DNA of 64,000 bases from the human T2T-CHM13v2.0 reference genome, Homo sapiens: NCBI RefSeq assembly GCF_009914755.1, contig NC_060934.1. One strand, written 5' to 3'. Each line of letters begins with the position of its first letter. Within the stretch, counting starts at the first letter, position 1. The position numbers and the translations under genes were made by a program. Of this stretch, positions 58,681-64,000 are shown piece after piece. The notes beneath the pieces were generated by a model that worked only from the letters and a program-made list of their open reading frames with translations, did not search any database and was not told the origin of the DNA.

Positions 58681-59437
58681 AAAACTCCTGGAACTTAATA
58701 AGCAATTACAGCAAGGTTGCAGAATACAAAGTTAATATGCAGAAGTCAATTCCTTTTCTATAAACCAGCAATTAACAATTGGAATTGGAAATATAAAACA
58801 CAGTATCATTTACATTAGCTGCTCTCCAAAACTGAAATATACAGGTATAAATATAACAAAATATATACAGGATCTATATGAGAAACTCTACCAAACTTTG
58901 ACAAAGGAAAGCAAATATCTAAACAAATGGAGAGATATTTCATGTTCATGTATAGAAACACTCAATATTTTTAAGACCTCAATTCTTCCCAATATGGTTT
59001 ATAAAGCCAATGTAATTCCAACAAAAATACCAGCAAATTGTTTCATGGGTATCAACAAATTCATTCTGAAGTCTATATGAAAACGCAGAAAACCCAAAAT
59101 AATCAACAAAATACTAAAGAAGAACAAAGTTGGAAGACAGATAATACAAGATTTCAAGACTTACTATAAAGCTACAATAATCAAGACCACAAGGTACTGT
59201 TGAAAGAATAGACAAATAGATCAATGGAACAGAATACAGTATCCATATAAATATATCCACACAAATGTAGTCAACTGATCTTTAGTAAAGAAGCAAAGAA
59301 AATTCAGTGAAGAAAGAATATTCTTTTTCAAAAAATGATAATGGAACAGACCTTACACCTTTCACAAAAAAATAACTCAAAATGAATCACAGACCTAAAT
59401 GTAAAACACAAAAACTCTCAAACTTCTAGAAGATAAC

Positions 59438-61156
59438 TGTATTGGTGCCCAAGAGCTGCTATAACATGGTACCACAAACTAGGTGGCTTAAAAGAAGGGA
59501 AAACAAATCTGGAAATTAGAAGCCTTAAATCAAGGTGTCAGCAGGGCTGCACTCTATCTGAAGGCTCTAGGGGAGTATACTTCCTTGTCTCTTCCTGTCT
59601 TTTGGTGGTTGCCAGAAATCCCTGGACAGCACGATTCAACTGTCTCACACAATTTAAACCACAACAGTCTTCTCTCCAATCCCCCAAAAGTCATATCCTT
59701 ACTGTATGCAAAATACATTCACCCCATTTCAACATCTCCAGGACCCTTAACCCATTCCAGCATCAACTCTAAGTCAAAATTGCCTCTAAATATCAACTGT
59801 AATGTCCCAAATCTCATCTCCTAAATCATCTAAATCAAGTATGTGTGAGATCCTGGGTATGGTCCAGCCTGGGGCAAAGTTTCTCTCCTATGGACACTGA
59901 AATCCACAAAACAAGTTATCTGCTTCCAAAATACAACAGGCATAGGACAGACAGTCACCTTCCAAAAGGGAGAAACTGGAAGGAAAAAGTGGGTCACAGG
60001 TCTCAAACAAGTCCAAAACATGGCAGGGAAATTTTCATTAGGTTTCCAGGGCCTGAGAGGGCTGTCTGGATCCATGAGTCACACAGGTAATCTTTTCAGT
60101 GAATGGTTGTTCAGCCACACCCTTGGTCCTGTTTCGGGAGTATGTTTCCTGGATTGGCTGAGAACTTTCAAACCCATCAAGTGCTGGTTCCTTTGCTTAA
60201 CAATTCCTTCCTCAAGTTATCTCTTTCCTTTTGCATTTCACTATAAGCAGCAAGGAGAAACCATGGCCCCATCTTTCACGCTTTACTTAGAAATCTCCTC
60301 AGCTCACTGCCTACAAGTTCTGCTTTCCACCCACAGGTAAAACACAGTTCACCCAAATTTCTGCCACTCTGTAATAAGGATCACTTTTCCTCCAGTGTCT
60401 GATAATATATTCACCACTTCCTTTCTAAGGCCTCACAAGAAGCACCTTTAAAGTTCACATTTCTAGTAACATTCTGTTCATGACAACATATGTATTCTCT
60501 AAGATGCAAAGAATCTATGATAGATGCTTTTTCTAAAATTCCCCTCTCTACTGAGCCTTCACCAGAATCACCTTTAATATCTGTATTTCTACCAGTAGTC
60601 TTTTCAAAGCAGTCTAGGCTTTTTATGTTATGCACCTAAAAATTATTCCAGTCTATACACAATTCCAAAGCCACTTACATGTTTTTTAGGTAGTTATTCC
60701 AACAGAAAAAGATTTCCGGGTATCAAAATATGTATTCATTTCCTATGGCTGCCATAACAAAGTGCCACAAATTGGATGGCTTAAAAATGCAGAAATGTAT
60801 TCTCTCACAGTTCTGGGGGCAGAAGTCTGAGGGTGGCAGCAAGGCCATGCCCTCTGTTAGGCCCCAGGGAAGGATGTTTAATTGTCTCTTCCTAACTTTT
60901 GGTGGTTTCAGTAATCCTTGATGTTCCCTGGTTATAGACATCCCACTCCAATTTCAGCCTCTGCTGTTACATGAATTTCTCCCTCTGTGTCCAAATTTCC
61001 CTTGTTTTACAGGGACACCAGTCATTGCATTAGGACCTCAGCTTAACTTGTTTAACATTTGCAAAGATCCTATTTCTAAGTAAGGTTGGACTCACAGGTA
61101 TCTGGGGTTAGGACTTCAAAATATTCTCTTGGGGTATAAAATTCAACCACACAACA
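59438..61156 (-). mobile_element. MLT1 (MaLR) element with two LTRs (59438-59650, deleted; 60731-61156) and internal region
   Basis: Both LTR copies begin tgtatt...gctgc(t/c)ataaca; flanks ataac/ataat form a TSD within the L1. Confidence 0.8.
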
Positions 61157-61446
61157 ATAATAAAAGAGAAAATCTATGTGACCTTGGTTTTGGCAATGAG
61201 ATTTTAAATACAACACCAAAAGGATAATCCAGGAAACAAAGTTGATAAGCTGGACTTTATTAAAATTAAAAACTCCTTTTCTGCAAAATACACTGTTAAG
61301 AGACTACAAAGACAAGCTACAGACCAGGAGAAAATGTTTGAGAAAGCACATATCTGACAGAAAATTTCTAATAAAAAATAAACAAAGAACTCTTAAAGCT
61401 CAACAATGAGAAAACAAACAACCTCATTTAAAAATTGGCAAAATAG

Positions 61447-62215
61447 GCATGCCACTGCAAATTCCGTGAAACAGGAGAAAAACTGTGAGTTCCCAAAGTG
61501 TAAGAGGGAGAAAACCGACCTCCAAACACACATCCCTGCTGGGAATCTGAAAATCCAGATCACAGGAGAAGAATTTAACCTTACCTAGAGATGGAAGGGA
61601 TTTAGAGAGTCACACAAAATATGAAAGTAGAAGTAGCAGCAGGAAGTGCCTTGTATGCACTCCCAGTCTCCAGCTCGAGCACAGGGACGCCATCCCTGAC
61701 TATATCTCACTGGGGCCCTTGTGGAAGACAACCAGCAGAACTGCGGAAGTGTTGTGGGGTGAAGAAAGCTCCCAGATGAAATTGGTAGTGGTTTCGACTG
61801 GGCACACATTTTCTGGAGTGGAGTCCGAGGAAGGAGCAGGAGCTGCTGCAGATACAAGCAAGTACAGGAGTACAAGAACTGCCACCAACAGAGCAGGGGC
61901 AAGGTCTGGGCGGGGCATTGCAGGATATGCGGGCTTGCCAACTGCATGGGAGTTGAGTCAGGCCTCTTGCTACTGGCTATCCCTGACTTCCCTGGCAAAC
62001 TATATAATACAGTAGAGGCGGCCAAGATCCCCTATGGAACATAACCCCATTGGCCGGAGAACCAACCCCCAGCCCCCACAGTGGCCTCAGCAAGCCCCGC
62101 CCAAGGAGCTTGCCTAACCCTGCTGCCTAACCAGACCTGCCTAACCCTGCTGCCACCTGACGGCATTTCCCTACCTGCCCTGGTAGCCTAACACAAAACA
62201 TAGAAACTCTGGGGA
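61447..62215 (+). mobile_element. L1PB-type 5' UTR fragment
   Basis: GC-richer segment with aatccagatcacaggagaagaatttaaccttacctagag and ggaacataaccccattggcc. Confidence 0.6.
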
Positions 62216-62219
62216 GCTT

Positions 62220-62520
62220 CATCCCCTGAACCCTGCCCCCAGCACCCTCTGCTCTGGAGGGTTGTCTTTAATTGTCTATGGAGCATATATATATATACTC
62301 TTTCCCTATGGTATATAAGCCCTGAGTCTGGGGAGTAATGGTGTGAACATCTACCTGTCTTACACGAACACATTTCTGCCCAAGAACACATTTCTGTCCA
62401 TAAGTTTCCCCTAAAAATCACCCTCTGCCAATAAACTAGATATGCCTGCCTCATTCTTTGATTTCTTGGCTCCTTCTGTATTTGGAGGTTATTTTGCATA
62501 TATGGCCCTTTCAAGGAATA
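62220..62520 (+). mobile_element. ERV1-type LTR 3' half (MER34/MER39-like)
   Basis: TATA (ggtatataagccctgagtctggggag), aataaa and a U5-like pyrimidine tract. Confidence 0.55.
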
Positions 62521-62529
62521 TCTATCTAT

Positions 62530-64000
62530 ATAAAGATAAAACAATAAGCTATCAAGCTATAATAAGATATGGAGAAAGCTTAAATCAATGTTTCTAAAGA
62601 AAAGAAGCCAATTTGAAAGTCTGCATACTATATAATTCCAACTATATGACACTAGGAAAAGCAAAACTTTTGAGACAGCAAAAAGATCAGTGGTAAGCAG
62701 GGGTTCAGGGGTTGAGCTAGAATAATGAACAGAAGAAGCACAGAAGACTTTTAGGGCAATGAAACTATTTTATATGATACTATAATTGTGGATACATGAC
62801 ATTATACATTTGTCAAAACCCATAGAAATGTACAATATAACTAGTGAACCTTAATGTAAACTACAGACTTCAGTTAATACTAATCTATAGATATTGGCTT
62901 ATTAACTATAGCAAATGTACCAAACAAACACAACATATTAATAACAGGGAAAACCATGGGGCTGAGGGGGTATAGGGTAACTTTCTGTACTATCTACTCA
63001 ATTTTTTAATAAATCTAAAACTGTTCTAAAAGTAGTCTGTAAAATAAGATTTTTAAGAGCAAACAGAACAAGAATTTTAAAAGATAATTGTCTGAAGCAC
63101 AAATAATGACAATTATATGGTGCACTTTATAAGATATGTAGATGTAAAATGTATGGCAATCATAACACAAAGTATGGGTGGGAAATAATGGAAGCACACT
63201 GTTGTAAGGTATATATATTATACTATATGTGAAATGATATATTATTTGAAGGTAGACTGTGACAAACTTATACAGCCTAGAGTAACCACTAAGAAAAGAA
63301 TAAAAAGAAGGAGAAGAAGCATGGAGGAGAAAAAGCAGAAGCAACATAAGGGCAGAGTGGAGATAAAATGGAGTAAAAAATTGAGTCATTAAAGAAAGCC
63401 TCATTTAAGCCAAAAGGGTATGGGAAAAGAAGGGACTAGATTAAAGAACAGGTAAGGCAAGTGCAAACCTGGCAAGATGATAGATTAAGATCTAATCATA
63501 TCAATAATTATATTAAATGTAAATGGTCTGGCCATCCAAATTAAAAGTCAGGGAGTGTCTGACTGGATTAAAAAAGTGAGATCCAGTTATATACTGTCTA
63601 CAAGGAACCCACCGTACATATAAAGACATTGATAAACTAAAAAAATGGAAAAAAGATAACCCATGTAAACACTAATCAAAAGAAGGTAGAATGGCCATAT
63701 TAACATCGACAACATAGACTTTAAAAAATGATAAACATTTCCAGAAATGAAAAGGGGCATTACATAATACATAGGAATTCTAAATGTGTGTGTATCCAAC
63801 AACATAGCTTCCAAAGTGATAAAATGAAAACTGAAATGAAAAAAACAGAAAAATCTACAACAATGTTGGAGACAAGTAGGCAGATAATAAGGACACAGAA
63901 AACCTGAACAACATTATGAAGCAATTTGGCCTAACTTTTATAGGGCATCCCAGCCAACAACAAAATAAGTATTAAAGTGGACACGGAACATTCACAAGGA
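62530..64000 (+). mobile_element. Old L1 fragments (3' UTR, then ORF1/ORF2 junction and endonuclease region)
   Basis: tacatttgtcaaaacccatagaa; attatattaaatgtaaatggtct...gactggattaaaaa. Confidence 0.75.

Noticed and set aside
61585-62025. 146-aa ORF and GC-richer patch as a first exon or CpG island
   Set aside because: Matches L1 5' UTR-type sequence and CpG is still sparse.

Overview
Primate (human-like or great-ape) genomic DNA, dominated by interspersed repeats. It covers the 5' coding half of a PTPN20-type non-receptor protein tyrosine phosphatase gene on the minus strand. Six coding exons (called CE1-CE6 here; coding lengths 34+95+98+113+152+91 = 583 nt) have GT-AG ends and compatible phases. 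They splice into an open 194-codon frame, MSSPRDFRAESVNDYEGND...NREKNRYRDILP, which stops just after the KNRY motif of the PTP domain. The catalytic-core exons lie beyond the left edge, and no CpG-island first exon is visible. The introns hold a 3'-truncated ERVL provirus with an MLT2-type LTR, LTR-internal-LTR MST and MLT1 elements, many old L1s, about 12 Alus, Tigger-family DNA transposons and a tailless U2 retrocopy. The most interesting unexplained structures are: a perfect 25-bp palindromic RFX X-box heading a cluster of candidate 5' exons (56.6-57.7 kb); an overlapping uORF whose stop codon is the first triplet of the next exon, so exon skipping would turn it into an alternative N-terminus; a duplicated TATA/splice-donor cassette; a 116-bp templated insertion inside an Alu target-site duplication; and a 27-bp intronic hairpin. 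I found no evidence of a wholly new multi-gene system. Repeat subfamily names and the comparison with human PTPN20 come from memory, not from a search.
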